Assembly (NCBI GenBank): GCA_963535375.1
Contig: CAUSVT010000004.1
Coordinates: forward strand, 41,719 to 105,718
Direction of reading: 5' to 3'
Length of the DNA: 64,000 nt
Origin: an uncultured Candidatus Saccharibacteria bacterium
GTDB lineage: Bacteria; Patescibacteriota; Saccharimonadia; Saccharimonadales; Saccharimonadaceae
Part shown: one piece after another, positions 42,390 to 52,260 of the stretch
How the letters are laid out: each line of letters opens with the position of its first letter
Position numbering within the stretch: the first letter of the stretch is position 1
Notes under the pieces: generated by a model
Database searches by the model: none
Seen by the model: only the letters and a program-made list of their open reading frames with translations
What the model was told of the DNA's origin: nothing
Translations under genes and position numbers: made by a program

Positions 42390-43379
42390 CTACAATGTCA
42401 AAGCCATGACAGCTTTGATTGTATGCATACGATTTTCCGCTTGGTCAAATACAACTGAATGTGGTGAGCGGAACACCTCATCAGTCACCTCCATTGATTC
42501 TAATCCAAAATCTTCCTGAACTTTTTTGCCAGTGATAGTCAATGCGTCATGGAATGCTGGCAAGCAGTGCATGAATTTTACTTCAGGATTGCCTGTCAGG
42601 TTGATCATGTCACGGTTAACCTGGAAGTTGCGTAATTGGTTGATACGCTCAGCGAACTTGTCTTCCTCACCCATCGACACCCAAACGTCAGTGTAAATCA
42701 CGTCAGCATCACGCAGAGCTTCCTCAAAATTATCAGTGATAGTGATGCGCGCGTGGCTTGATCGTGCTAAGTGATGCGCCCGGTCTACCAGCGACTGCTC
42801 GGGATGTAGTTCACGTGGTGCCAAGATACGGAAATCAACGCCCATAATGGCTGAACCAATCATCAGCGAATTTGCCATGTTATTGCGGCCATCACCAACG
42901 AACACCAGCTTGGTGCCTTTGAGCTTGCCGACATGCTCCTCAATGGTCATGAAATCAGCCAAAATCTGTGTCGGGTGGAATTTGTCGGTCAGGCCGTTCC
43001 AGACCGGAACACCAGCATGACGAGCCAATTCCTCAACTGTCCCGTGATCAAACCCGCGAAATTCAATACCATCAAACATGCGGCCCAGCACCTTGGCGGT
43101 GTCTTCAACTGTTTCTTTTTTACCCAGCTGAATGTCATCTTTGCCGAGGTATTCTGGCGCGACACCCAGGTCATTAGCCGCCACCGTAAAGGCACAGCGT
43201 GTGCGAGTTGAGGTTTTCTCAAACAACAGCGCCACGTTTTTGCCTTCATGAATTCGGTGCGGTACACCAGTGTATTTCAAGCGCTTGTATTCACGTGCCG
43301 TGTCCAGCAACAGGCGGATTTCTCCAGCAGTATAATCATTCAGCGTCAGGAATGATCGTCCTTTCAAGCTCAACGCCAT
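42390..43379 (-). CDS. arcB: Ornithine carbamoyltransferase (catabolic context)
   Basis: It has STRTR, HPTQ and HCLPA motifs. 329 aa. Confidence 0.93.
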   Translation of the reverse strand: MALSLKGRSFLTLNDYTAGEIRLLLDTAREYKRLKYTGVPHRIHEGKNVALLFEKTSTRTRCAFTVAANDLGVAPEYLGKDDIQLGKKETVEDTAKVLGRMFDGIEFRGFDHGTVEELARHAGVPVWNGLTDKFHPTQILADFMTIEEHVGKLKGTKLVFVGDGRNNMANSLMIGSAIMGVDFRILAPRELHPEQSLVDRAHHLARSSHARITITDNFEEALRDADVIYTDVWVSMGEEDKFAERINQLRNFQVNRDMINLTGNPEVKFMHCLPAFHDALTITGKKVQEDFGLESMEVTDEVFRSPHSVVFDQAENRMHTIKAVMALTL

Positions 43380-44614
43380 TATACGTCCTCCCTCACTATT
43401 GGCATACTCATACAGCGTGGACCACCGCGACCGCGGCCAAGCTCTGATCCATTGACCTCAATCACTTCAACGCCGGCATCACGCAGTTTTTGGTTGGTAA
43501 CATAGTTACGGTCATACGTCACCACAACGCCTGGTGCAATAGCCAGGGTGTTGGAGCCGTCATTCCACTGCTCACGAGCGGCAGCAATTCGGTCGCCACC
43601 ACCACACTCGATCAACGTGACTGCTGGCAAGCCCAAGGCGACTCGCAAGACATGTTCCAAGTCGGTCTCACGCGTGATGCGCGGGAATGGCTGACCTTCA
43701 ACCTTCTCCAAAATAAAGCAGTTGATTTTACCACCGTGGTCGCGAATTTCTGGGTGAATGGTAAACTTATCATAGTCAATCATGGTAAACACCGTGTCGA
43801 GGTGCATGAACGCATGCGACTTTGGAATTTCCATGGCGATAACCTTTTTGAAATCAGAACCAGCAAACAACTTGGTTGCCATCTTTTCAATTGCTTCAGC
43901 AGAAGTTCGCTCGCTAATACCAATCGCCATCACTTCCCGATTCAGCACCAACTCGTCACCACCTTCGATAGAATATTTCTCATGGCGGTCATACCATACT
44001 GGTACGTTTTTGCCAGCAAACCGTGGGTGATGGTCGATGATATAGCGCATGAACAATGACTCGCGGCGGCGAGCTGGCCAGTGCATCTTGTTGACGGTCA
44101 AACCGCGGCCGATGGCTGCAGCTGGGTCACGCGTAAAGTACAGGTTTGGCATTGGGTCAAGATAGAATGGATAGTAATCTTTCTCGACCATGTCATGTAG
44201 CTGCTGATGGTGCTCTGGTGGTAAAGTGATTTCATCTTTACGCACACCAGCCATCAACTTGCGAACCATGGCGTGGGTTGGCAAGTCCAGCAAGAATTGA
44301 CGCAAGGTCTCGGTGACACGACGAGTGTCTTGTTTGGAGTTAGCAAGCATGTCGTCAACGAATTGCTCACGCAACGCATCAGTCGCCAAGGCTTCAGTCA
44401 CCAATTGGTCCAAGTACAATACTTCGACACCACGCTCACGCAGTACTTGCGCAAAAGCGTCGTGTTCTTCTTGGGCCTTTTTAAGATACGGGATGTCGTC
44501 AAATAAAAGGTCGGTCAGATAATCCGGAGTCAAATTTTCCAACTCCTCACCTGGCCGATGCAAGACAACTACTTTTAATTTCCCGATTTCCGATGTAATA
44601 TGTATTGGATCCAT
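43379..44614 (-). CDS. arcA: Arginine deiminase
   Basis: 411 aa. It begins [15 protein letters not shown] and has the C-terminal catalytic GGPRCMSMP. Confidence 0.95.
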   Translation of the reverse strand: MDPIHITSEIGKLKVVVLHRPGEELENLTPDYLTDLLFDDIPYLKKAQEEHDAFAQVLRERGVEVLYLDQLVTEALATDALREQFVDDMLANSKQDTRRVTETLRQFLLDLPTHAMVRKLMAGVRKDEITLPPEHHQQLHDMVEKDYYPFYLDPMPNLYFTRDPAAAIGRGLTVNKMHWPARRRESLFMRYIIDHHPRFAGKNVPVWYDRHEKYSIEGGDELVLNREVMAIGISERTSAEAIEKMATKLFAGSDFKKVIAMEIPKSHAFMHLDTVFTMIDYDKFTIHPEIRDHGGKINCFILEKVEGQPFPRITRETDLEHVLRVALGLPAVTLIECGGGDRIAAAREQWNDGSNTLAIAPGVVVTYDRNYVTNQKLRDAGVEVIEVNGSELGRGRGGPRCMSMPIVREDV

Positions 44615-44696
44615 ACCCCCGTCCCCTTTTTGTTTATGGTTATACTAATAATATAGCATATACCAAATAGAACACAAGCATCATTCAGAGGTTAGC

Positions 44697-45314
44697 TCAT
44701 CGCCGAATGATGGCTAATGACGACTCGACTACCACCCGAGCTGGATGACGCTTCAGCCACTCGTCAACCGCCCGTGCTGCGCCTGGCAATGCTTCATTGG
44801 CATAGTCATCGACGATGATAGTCGCTGTTTTCTGAAACTTGCCGTCACACACGCGAAACGAGTCAACGATTGATTCATAAAAATCGCCATCAAAAAATGC
44901 AAAGCGAATATCTTCTGGTACGTCGTCAGGAGAAAAATCAGCAAACCAACCCTTGTGGATGATCGGCAGCTTCAAGCCAGCCTTTTTGAAATTCTGAATG
45001 AAGGTTTTGCGCGGCGCCGATAGTTCGCCCGCTTTGAACTGCTCGCCCGCAACACTTGCGTCGGCTTGGGTTTTTTCCGGCAAGCCCGCGAACGAATCAT
45101 AAACATGAAATTCACCAGCAAACTCATATGCGTCCAGTAGCCGCCGGATAAACAAACTCGTCGTGCCGACATAACAGCCAAACTCGACGATGTTGCCAGT
45201 CGTACCACTACGTAGCGCTTTTTCCAGCTCCCGCAGCAAAGCACCAAGCTCTTTGGCGTCAACTTGGTCAGAGATGATGGGATATTTGGCAAGGAGTTGG
45301 TCGGTGATATTCAT
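44697..45314 (-). CDS. Class I SAM-dependent methyltransferase (TylF/MycF-like)
   Basis: It has GNIVEFGCYVGTTS and FDGDFYES motifs. Confidence 0.65.
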   Translation of the reverse strand: MNITDQLLAKYPIISDQVDAKELGALLRELEKALRSGTTGNIVEFGCYVGTTSLFIRRLLDAYEFAGEFHVYDSFAGLPEKTQADASVAGEQFKAGELSAPRKTFIQNFKKAGLKLPIIHKGWFADFSPDDVPEDIRFAFFDGDFYESIVDSFRVCDGKFQKTATIIVDDYANEALPGAARAVDEWLKRHPARVVVESSLAIIRR

Positions 45315-45416
45315 ACAATTTAAATTATAGACAGTTCACTAAATATCAACAAATAGTTGATGGCGTATAGCTACATATTTTAAGATTCTATAGGTTACAA
45401 TATAAATTAGTAGTTA

Positions 45417-46151
45417 ATGAATAATCACGACATTATCAAAACATTTTCGCCAAAACAACTGGACATAAGACAGTTAAGTTTATTACAATCCGCCTTACGA
45501 AAATCGAGTATAATTGTATATGGCGAAATTCACGGCATAAAAGAAAATGCCGATATTGTCTATACTTTAGTTAAAAAACTCTGCATTCAAAAGTTAGCTA
45601 TCGAAGCTAGCCCCACAGTACTAAACTTCATCAATTCAGTAAAGGCCAATTCTTATGATTTTTCCTTAGTTGATGAAGACCTTTTTGACTCAAGCATTCT
45701 ATCTCTTGAAATGATAAAAGCAATAGCAATTCTTTTACGGCAAGACCACCTTAAAGAGCTCGTTTTTATTGATACGTTCTTCGATAATTTAGATGAAGGT
45801 GTCGCTGTGCCACCAAGCCCGCAAGAACGAGAAGAGCAGCTAGCTAAAAATATCCTTGGAATTGACGACTCTCTACCAACATTATGCATTATGGGACAAT
45901 GGCATACACAGCCCAAAGTTACTACAGATGGCGGAATACGGCATGAATCAGCGTTATATCGCCTGAGAAAAACAAAACCAAATGTGCCGTTTATTCATAA
46001 TATCTATCAACAAGGACAACTATTTAATGATGGAAAAATAATTGAATTACCAGACAACCCAGCAGTGTCGTCTTGTTACGAGATCGTCCAGAAAACCGAT
46101 ATTGATTTTGACCTTTACGTACCCAAAGCGACAAAAATATCACTATGCTAA
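45417..46151 (+). CDS. Hypothetical protein (244 aa), possibly Tiki/ChaN/erythromycin-esterase superfamily
   Basis: The gene is AT-rich. It has YGEIHGIKEN (a GExHG-like motif) and a later IMGQWH. The assignment is tentative. Confidence 0.45.
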   Translation: MNNHDIIKTFSPKQLDIRQLSLLQSALRKSSIIVYGEIHGIKENADIVYTLVKKLCIQKLAIEASPTVLNFINSVKANSYDFSLVDEDLFDSSILSLEMIKAIAILLRQDHLKELVFIDTFFDNLDEGVAVPPSPQEREEQLAKNILGIDDSLPTLCIMGQWHTQPKVTTDGGIRHESALYRLRKTKPNVPFIHNIYQQGQLFNDGKIIELPDNPAVSSCYEIVQKTDIDFDLYVPKATKISLC

Positions 46152-46154
46152 AAT
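46146..46154 (+). promoter_or_regulatory. Extended -10 box (TGCTAAAAT) 6 nt upstream of the PEBP gene ATG
   Basis: The sequence reads TGCTAAAATcatagtATG. Confidence 0.55.
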
Positions 46155-46160
46155 CATAGT

Positions 46161-46625
46161 ATGAAAATTGCTAGCCCTGCGTTCGCCGAAAACGCTAAAA
46201 TACCAAAAATTTACGCCAAGCTTGGCGGCAACCAACGCCCGCCACTCGAAGTCAGCGGCGTACCGGCAGACGCCAAAAGTCTGGTGGTTGTCTGCCACGA
46301 CCCTGATGCGCCTGGGCGCGATGGATTCTACCATTGGACGGTTTGGAATCTGCCAGCAGAACCTACTGAAATCACTGGCGAATCACTGCCCGCGGGCGCC
46401 GTCGAAGGTGTTACCAGTTGGGGTCGTCCCGGCTGGAACGGGCCGCAACCGCCATTTGGCACGCACCGCTATCAATTTTACGTGTACGCGCTGGATACGA
46501 CACTAGATCCGCCAGACACCACCAAACCCAAAGAACTCATCGCCACCCTCACACCACACATCATCGACCAGGCTATGTTAACTGGAAAGTTTGGCGTGTT
46601 GGATATTTTGCGGCAGGAATTGTGA
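46161..46625 (+). CDS. YbhB/YbcL family Raf-kinase-inhibitor-like protein (PEBP)
   Basis: It has CHDPDAP, GFYHWTVWN and GTHRYQFYVYALD motifs. Confidence 0.88.
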   Translation: MKIASPAFAENAKIPKIYAKLGGNQRPPLEVSGVPADAKSLVVVCHDPDAPGRDGFYHWTVWNLPAEPTEITGESLPAGAVEGVTSWGRPGWNGPQPPFGTHRYQFYVYALDTTLDPPDTTKPKELIATLTPHIIDQAMLTGKFGVLDILRQEL

Positions 46626-46669
46626 ATCAATTGCCCTAAGGTTAATACTGCTTCACTCAAAATATATCT

Positions 46670-47698
46670 CTATAACATGGTCAATTTATTGTCCATATCT
46701 TGTGTATACTCACCAGGGAAGTAATTGAGCCACTTCTTTTGAGATTCCTTTGTAAACTTACCCCAGTGCGGCTTTATTAATTCCCACAGTCTATCACCAA
46801 CAATAGTTGGACTGTATCGATGAGCATTATATACCTGATCATTTGAGGTTGCTGACTTAAACAACATTTTAACTTGGTTTTCTGATAGGTTACCCATTTT
46901 ATAAAGCTCATCAATCAAAGCTCTTGCATTATCAAAACTACCAGCTGAACCTATCTGCTCAACAATGCCGTCTTTTACGGCCTCGTCAATAAGTTTGATA
47001 TCAGGGAAATGCCCATCAAGAAAATCATTTAATGACTTGTATAAGTAAGCTGTACCAAGTTTCTTAGATGACCACTCTTTTTCTAGAAATGTACTTAATT
47101 TATTATCATCAAGTGCAGAACTAAAGTCACCATCTCTAGATATAATATGAATATTTGTAAAAAAATCATCTTTTACATCTACTGATTCTAGAAGTATTTC
47201 CCAGTTTATCGCATCACCTAATGATCCATTTTTTCCAGGAGGATTACCCACATCCATTCGCATCTTTGCTTTATTGAAAATATCTTCAGACGTGGCAATT
47301 GGTGATCTTAAAATATTTTTGACTATAGTATCGACTTTCAGTTTTCCGTCGAAAGCTTCTTCTAATATATCCTGTCTTATTTTGTTTATCTTTTCTGCTA
47401 ATTTTCGCGACTCATTGACAACTGTATCATAGTCAGTGTGTCCACAGAATGCTTTTGGAAACCTTGGTGAATCATATTTAAACGAGCCTATATGCTCCTT
47501 AATTACCTTATCTCGATTTCTATAAAACTCGTCAACCTGCTGTTGAGTAACGTATAGTTTTATTTTGCGAGCTTTTATAATTAAATCCTCTAATTTTCCT
47601 AGTGTATCTAGATCGGCATTGCTAAATCGATAAAAATCCAGCAGTATATTAGTGTCGATAAACAGATTTATCGGAGTTTTTGTATTTTCTTTTGTCAT
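46670..47698 (-). CDS. PIN-like domain protein (DUF4935-type), candidate nuclease
   Basis: It has INLFIDTNILLDFYRF, VGNPPGKNGSLGDAINWEILL and HIISRDGDF motifs. The gene is very AT-rich. I placed the start at the ATG at 47696-47698, because the ORF track begins at a TTG one codon earlier. Confidence 0.7.
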   Translation of the reverse strand: MTKENTKTPINLFIDTNILLDFYRFSNADLDTLGKLEDLIIKARKIKLYVTQQQVDEFYRNRDKVIKEHIGSFKYDSPRFPKAFCGHTDYDTVVNESRKLAEKINKIRQDILEEAFDGKLKVDTIVKNILRSPIATSEDIFNKAKMRMDVGNPPGKNGSLGDAINWEILLESVDVKDDFFTNIHIISRDGDFSSALDDNKLSTFLEKEWSSKKLGTAYLYKSLNDFLDGHFPDIKLIDEAVKDGIVEQIGSAGSFDNARALIDELYKMGNLSENQVKMLFKSATSNDQVYNAHRYSPTIVGDRLWELIKPHWGKFTKESQKKWLNYFPGEYTQDMDNKLTML

Positions 47699-47772
47699 CA
47701 AATTATACTCTTAATCTTTCTGTTTTTTATTATACTGGTTATCACAAAAAGTAAAAGCCAAAGACAAAAATA

Positions 47773-49776
47773 TTACTCAGCAAACTGACTATTATAAAGC
47801 TCGGCGTAAAAGCCATTTTTCTTCAGCAGTTCGTCGTGCTTGCCTTGTTCGATGATGTTGCCGTCGCGGACGACCAAGATTAGATCAGCGTCGCGAATAG
47901 TGCTCAGGCGATGAGCGATGACAAAGCTGGTTTTGCCCTGCATCAACTTGTCCATGGCTTTTTGGATGAGTACTTCGGTGCGGGTGTCAACCGAGCTAGT
48001 AGCTTCGTCCAAAATCAGCATCGGCGTGCGCGCCAGCATTGCCCGGGCAATCGTCAATAGCTGCTTTTCGCCCTGTGAAATGTTCGTTGCTTCCTCGCCC
48101 AGCATCATGTCATAACCGCCCGGCAGCGACCGCACGAAATGGTCAACGTGCGCTTCCTTGGCGGTGGCAACCATCTCTTCTTCGCTGGCTGTTGGGTTGC
48201 CATAGAGCAAATTCTGGCGAATCGTGCCGTTAAACAACCAGGTATCCTGCAGCACCATGCCAAACAGTTGCCGCACATCGCTGCGCTTCATGTCAGCGAT
48301 ATTGACGCCGTCAATTTTGATCGCGCCGCTGTTAATTTCATAAAATCGCATCAGCAGATTAACCAAGGTGGTTTTGCCCGCGCCCGTTGGACCGACGATC
48401 GCCACACGCTGACCTGGCTTGATGTGTGCCGACAGGCCTTTGATGATGGTTTGGTCAGGCTTGTAGCCAAAGACCACATTGTCAAATTCAACTTCGCCCT
48501 TGACGTTTGCCAATTTTACCAAATCCTTACCTTCCGCCTGTTCTTCCGGCTCGTCCAAAAATTCAAACACACGCTCGGCGGCAGCGGCGGTCGATTGCAG
48601 CACATTGGCAATGTTAGCAACTTGCACCAGCGGCTGATTGAACTGATCGATATACTGGATGAACGCCTGAATATCACCAATTTTCAGCCGGCCGTTAATT
48701 GCCAACCAACCGCCCAAAATCGCCATGACGACGTAACCGATGTTGCCGATGAAATTCATGATTGGATAAATCAGTCCTGACAAAAATTGAGCTTTCCAGG
48801 CGCTTTCCTGCAACTGATCATTCACCCGCGAAAACTTAGCCAGCGACTTTTTCTGGCCGTTGAATACGCGCATCACTTGATGGCCACCGTACATTTCTTC
48901 GATGTGGCCATTCAATTCACCCAGCTGTGTTTGCTGGCGGAGGAACTGTTTTTGCGAACTTTTAGCAATCAGCGTCACTGCGCCGCCAGCCAGCGGCAAC
49001 ACCAGTAGCGCTACCAGCGACATTTGCCAGCTGATGGAAAACATCATCACCAAAATCCCCAGCACCATCACCGTTGAGGAGACGATTTGCGACAGGCTTT
49101 GATTGAGCGTCTGACTGATGGTATCGACGTCGTTGGTAACGCGGCTCAGCACCTCGCCGTAGGTTTGCTTGTCAAAATAACTCAGCGGCAGGCGGTTGAT
49201 TTTCTCGGACAATTGCCGGCGCATTCTGAAGGTGACCGTTTGCGTCACTTGGGTCATTAGCCAGGTTTGGATGTAGCGGAAAATGGCACTGAGTATGTAC
49301 AGACCGATCAGTAAACTGACGACTCGCCAAATGGCATCAAAGTGAAATTCTGGACGTCGGCTGAGATCCAGCTTTTTGATAGTCTCGAGCTGGCTAGACG
49401 GGATTTGGCGTTCAATTTCCGACTGGTTCGGGAGCTGTTTCAGTACATCAGCGCCAGTCGTACCAGCCGGCAGCGAAGCACCCTTCGGCAGCTTGCTGGT
49501 GATGGTTTCGTAGGCCTTCATGCTGACATAATCTTCGACGATTTGGTTGGTGGCGCCGCCCAAAATCTTCGGACTGACAATCGCAAACGTTGTACTACCG
49601 ACCGCGAAAATCGCCACCATGAGCATGTGCCAGCGAAACTCTGCCAAATATTTGGCTAACTTCTTGACCGTGCCTTTGAAATCCTTGGCTTTTTCGCCGG
49701 CGCCCATACCGCCGCCCATTGGACCGCCCATCTTCACTGGCTGGCGTTTTTTCATGCTTTGCTGAGCCGCCATCAT
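47773..49776 (-). CDS. ABC exporter, fused permease/ATPase (half of a heterodimeric MDR-type pair)
   Basis: It has six TM segments, Walker A GPTGAGKTT, the signature ISQGEKQL and Walker B LILDEAT. Confidence 0.9.
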   Translation of the reverse strand: MMAAQQSMKKRQPVKMGGPMGGGMGAGEKAKDFKGTVKKLAKYLAEFRWHMLMVAIFAVGSTTFAIVSPKILGGATNQIVEDYVSMKAYETITSKLPKGASLPAGTTGADVLKQLPNQSEIERQIPSSQLETIKKLDLSRRPEFHFDAIWRVVSLLIGLYILSAIFRYIQTWLMTQVTQTVTFRMRRQLSEKINRLPLSYFDKQTYGEVLSRVTNDVDTISQTLNQSLSQIVSSTVMVLGILVMMFSISWQMSLVALLVLPLAGGAVTLIAKSSQKQFLRQQTQLGELNGHIEEMYGGHQVMRVFNGQKKSLAKFSRVNDQLQESAWKAQFLSGLIYPIMNFIGNIGYVVMAILGGWLAINGRLKIGDIQAFIQYIDQFNQPLVQVANIANVLQSTAAAAERVFEFLDEPEEQAEGKDLVKLANVKGEVEFDNVVFGYKPDQTIIKGLSAHIKPGQRVAIVGPTGAGKTTLVNLLMRFYEINSGAIKIDGVNIADMKRSDVRQLFGMVLQDTWLFNGTIRQNLLYGNPTASEEEMVATAKEAHVDHFVRSLPGGYDMMLGEEATNISQGEKQLLTIARAMLARTPMLILDEATSSVDTRTEVLIQKAMDKLMQGKTSFVIAHRLSTIRDADLILVVRDGNIIEQGKHDELLKKNGFYAELYNSQFAE

Positions 49777-51536
49777 GCCGCTCCTTTCGCGATCGTCACC
49801 GACATTTTCTGCAGGTCATCTTCCGAAAGCTGGGAAGCGGCAATTTCTTGATAGACTTGGCAATTTTTCATCAATTCCTGGTGCGTGCCTTGACCGACAA
49901 TTTTACCTTCGTCTAGCACGATGATTTTGTCAGCATTCATAATGGTGTTGATGCGCTGACCGACGATGAGCACGGTTTTGTGCTTGGTTTCTTTGGCAAG
50001 TGCCGAACGTAATTTGGCATCAGTCTTGAAATCCAGCGCCGAAAACGAATCGTCAAAAATGTAGACATTCGGCTCCACAGCAATCGCCCGGGCAATCGAC
50101 AAACGCTGCCGTTGACCGCCGGAAACATTGCCACCGCCTTGAGAGATGTCATTTTTGTAGCCGTTTTTTAGCTCGCTGATGAACTCGGCGGCTTGGGCGA
50201 TTTTAGCGGATTTTTCGACCAATTTTCGGCTGGCTTTGGCGTTGCCGTACTTGATATTGCTGGCGATCGTCCCGCTAAACAACACGCCTTTTTGCGGCAC
50301 GTAGCCGATTTGATCATACAAATCTTCCAGTTTGAGCTGGCGAATATCCACGCCATCCAGCAAAATCTGCCCCGCCGACACATCGTAAAAGCGCGGGATC
50401 AAATTGATCAACGTCGATTTGCCAGACCCAGTGCTGCCGATAAACGCTGTAGTTTGCCCTGGTTCAGCCGTAAAATTGATACTTGAGAGCACCGGCAGAT
50501 CAGCGTCTGGATAGGTAAACGTGACGTCTTTGAATTCAATTTTACCCGTGGCGTCATTTGGCAATTGCTGCGGCAACTGCGGGTCAACAATTGACGGTAG
50601 CGTGTCGAGCACCTCGCCCACCCGCTTTACCGATACAGCCGCCCGCGGCACCATGATAAACACCATCGACAGCAGCAAGAAAGAAATAATCACCTGCATG
50701 GCGTATTCCAAAAACGCCATCATATTACCAATTTGCAGATTGCCGCTGCTGATCAAATGCGCGCCGAACCAGACAATTGCCACGCTAGAAAAGTTCATCA
50801 CCAGCGTCATGATTGGGTCAAGCAGCATCATCAGCCGATTGACAAATAAATTCATTTTATTCAGCTCGGTATTGGCTTGCTGGAACTTTTTCTGCTCAAT
50901 TTTTTCGTTGTGAAACGCGCGAATGACTTTCAAGCCGACCAGGTTTTCGCGCGTCACCAGATTCAGTTTGTCCACCAGCGTCTGCAATTTCTTAAACCGA
51001 GGCACGGCAATCACAAACAATACGGCAATGACCACCAGTAACACCGACACTGCCAGCGCAATGATCCAGCTCAAATTTGGTGCGTTATGGATGGCTTTTT
51101 GCAAACCGCCAATTGCCATGATTGGCGCCATCAATGCCAGACGCAGTAGCAGAATTGACGTCATCTGAATTTGCTGAATGTCGTTGGTCGAGCGCGTGAT
51201 TAGCGACGCGGTGGAAAATTTATTGAAATCCGCCAGCGCAAAACTTTCGACCCGCTCAAATAGTTCCATTCGTAGTTTCTGAGCCACACCAGTGGCAATC
51301 CGGGAGGCTAAAAATCCTATGATAATCGAGCACAACCCGCCCGCCGCCGTCACCAAAATCATCGCTAGTCCGTTGTGCCAAATCGCCGGCATATCTTGTT
51401 TGATGATGCCGTTATTGACGATTTCCGACATCTTGTCAGGTAGCCACAAATTCGCCATCACCATGGCGTAGGTAAAGCCGACCAAGATGATAAACATCAG
51501 CCAGTAGCCGCTAAAAATTCGTAAAATATGCTTCAT
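49773..51536 (-). CDS. ABC exporter, fused permease/ATPase (partner half)
   Basis: It has GSTGSGKST, VSGGQRQR and IFDDSFS motifs, and overlaps the downstream partner by 4 nt. Confidence 0.9.
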   Translation of the reverse strand: MKHILRIFSGYWLMFIILVGFTYAMVMANLWLPDKMSEIVNNGIIKQDMPAIWHNGLAMILVTAAGGLCSIIIGFLASRIATGVAQKLRMELFERVESFALADFNKFSTASLITRSTNDIQQIQMTSILLLRLALMAPIMAIGGLQKAIHNAPNLSWIIALAVSVLLVVIAVLFVIAVPRFKKLQTLVDKLNLVTRENLVGLKVIRAFHNEKIEQKKFQQANTELNKMNLFVNRLMMLLDPIMTLVMNFSSVAIVWFGAHLISSGNLQIGNMMAFLEYAMQVIISFLLLSMVFIMVPRAAVSVKRVGEVLDTLPSIVDPQLPQQLPNDATGKIEFKDVTFTYPDADLPVLSSINFTAEPGQTTAFIGSTGSGKSTLINLIPRFYDVSAGQILLDGVDIRQLKLEDLYDQIGYVPQKGVLFSGTIASNIKYGNAKASRKLVEKSAKIAQAAEFISELKNGYKNDISQGGGNVSGGQRQRLSIARAIAVEPNVYIFDDSFSALDFKTDAKLRSALAKETKHKTVLIVGQRINTIMNADKIIVLDEGKIVGQGTHQELMKNCQVYQEIAASQLSEDDLQKMSVTIAKGAA

Positions 51537-51648
51537 AATTGTTCTTTTAGTGCCTCAAATCCAGTCTCTATTTTACCATAATATGCGACATCCGTCGCAG
51601 AGCCTCATTGGACAAAAGTATCAGCTGGACGTATACTGTTTTTAGCGT

Positions 51649-51725
51649 CGGGGTGTGGCGCAGCTCGGTAGCGCGCACCGTTCGGGACGGTGAGGTCGCT
51701 GGTTCAAATCCAGTCACCCCGACCA
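51649..51725 (+). tRNA. tRNA-Pro (CGG)
   Basis: Cloverleaf: CGGGGTG/CACCCCG acceptor, anticodon loop TTCGGGA, T-arm GCTGG-TTCAAAT-CCAGT, then ACCA. Confidence 0.9.
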
Positions 51726-51792
51726 TGAAATTATTTGAAGCACATGTTCACCAACGAGAACCTCTGGCGACCACGAAAGCAAAGGAGGTTAT

Positions 51793-52260
51793 ATGCGACG
51801 GCGAGTTAATGTACGCGGAATTATCGTAAGCGATCAGAGCAAGATTTTTTGCCAACAATTAACCGCGAACGACGGCAAAGGGCGGAATTTTTGGTGTACG
51901 CCAGGCGGCGGCTTGAAAAATGGTGAAAGTTTACTGGACGGTTTACGCCGGGAGATGATTGAAGAAACGGGCGTTAAACCAGAGATCGGAAAGTTGTTAT
52001 TCATACAACAATTCGCCGAATCGGGTGAACAATCAGCACCTGGCCCGAACGAGCAATTGGAATTTTTCTTTCTCATCACCAACTGGCAAGATTACCAGCA
52101 CATCGACCTGGAGCAAACATCGCACGGCGTGAAAGAAGTGGCGAGATGCGGCTTCGTTGATCCGAAAACCACGCGAATTTTACCAAGCTATTTGACAGAA
52201 GTTGATCTGGACTGGTTGATTAACAAATCAACTGACGTTCACATCATGAGTGAGCTATAA
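51793..52260 (+). CDS. Nudix hydrolase
   Basis: It has the Nudix box GGGLKNGESLLDGLRREMIEETGV and the SD AAAGGAGG. Confidence 0.8.
   Translation: MRRRVNVRGIIVSDQSKIFCQQLTANDGKGRNFWCTPGGGLKNGESLLDGLRREMIEETGVKPEIGKLLFIQQFAESGEQSAPGPNEQLEFFFLITNWQDYQHIDLEQTSHGVKEVARCGFVDPKTTRILPSYLTEVDLDWLINKSTDVHIMSEL

Noticed and set aside
39824-44522. Numerous 60-190-aa ORFs antisense to or out of frame with arcC, arcD, arcB and arcA (for example 39957..40226, 40003..40347, 42114..42458 and 43490..44059).
   Set aside because: They are fully embedded in well-supported ADI genes and have no motifs or start signals.
44615-44696. An ArgR (ARG box) or ArcR/Crp-Fnr site upstream of arcA.
   Set aside because: Only a single TGAAT half-site and no TGTGA-N6-TCACA-like palindrome are present. 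That is too weak to call.
51608-51829. ORFs overlapping tRNA genes: 51608..51829 over tRNA-Pro, 16536..17081 over the tRNA at 17043, and 19793..20029 over the tRNA at 19921.
   Set aside because: The cloverleaf tRNAs explain these regions. The ORF products have no recognisable features.
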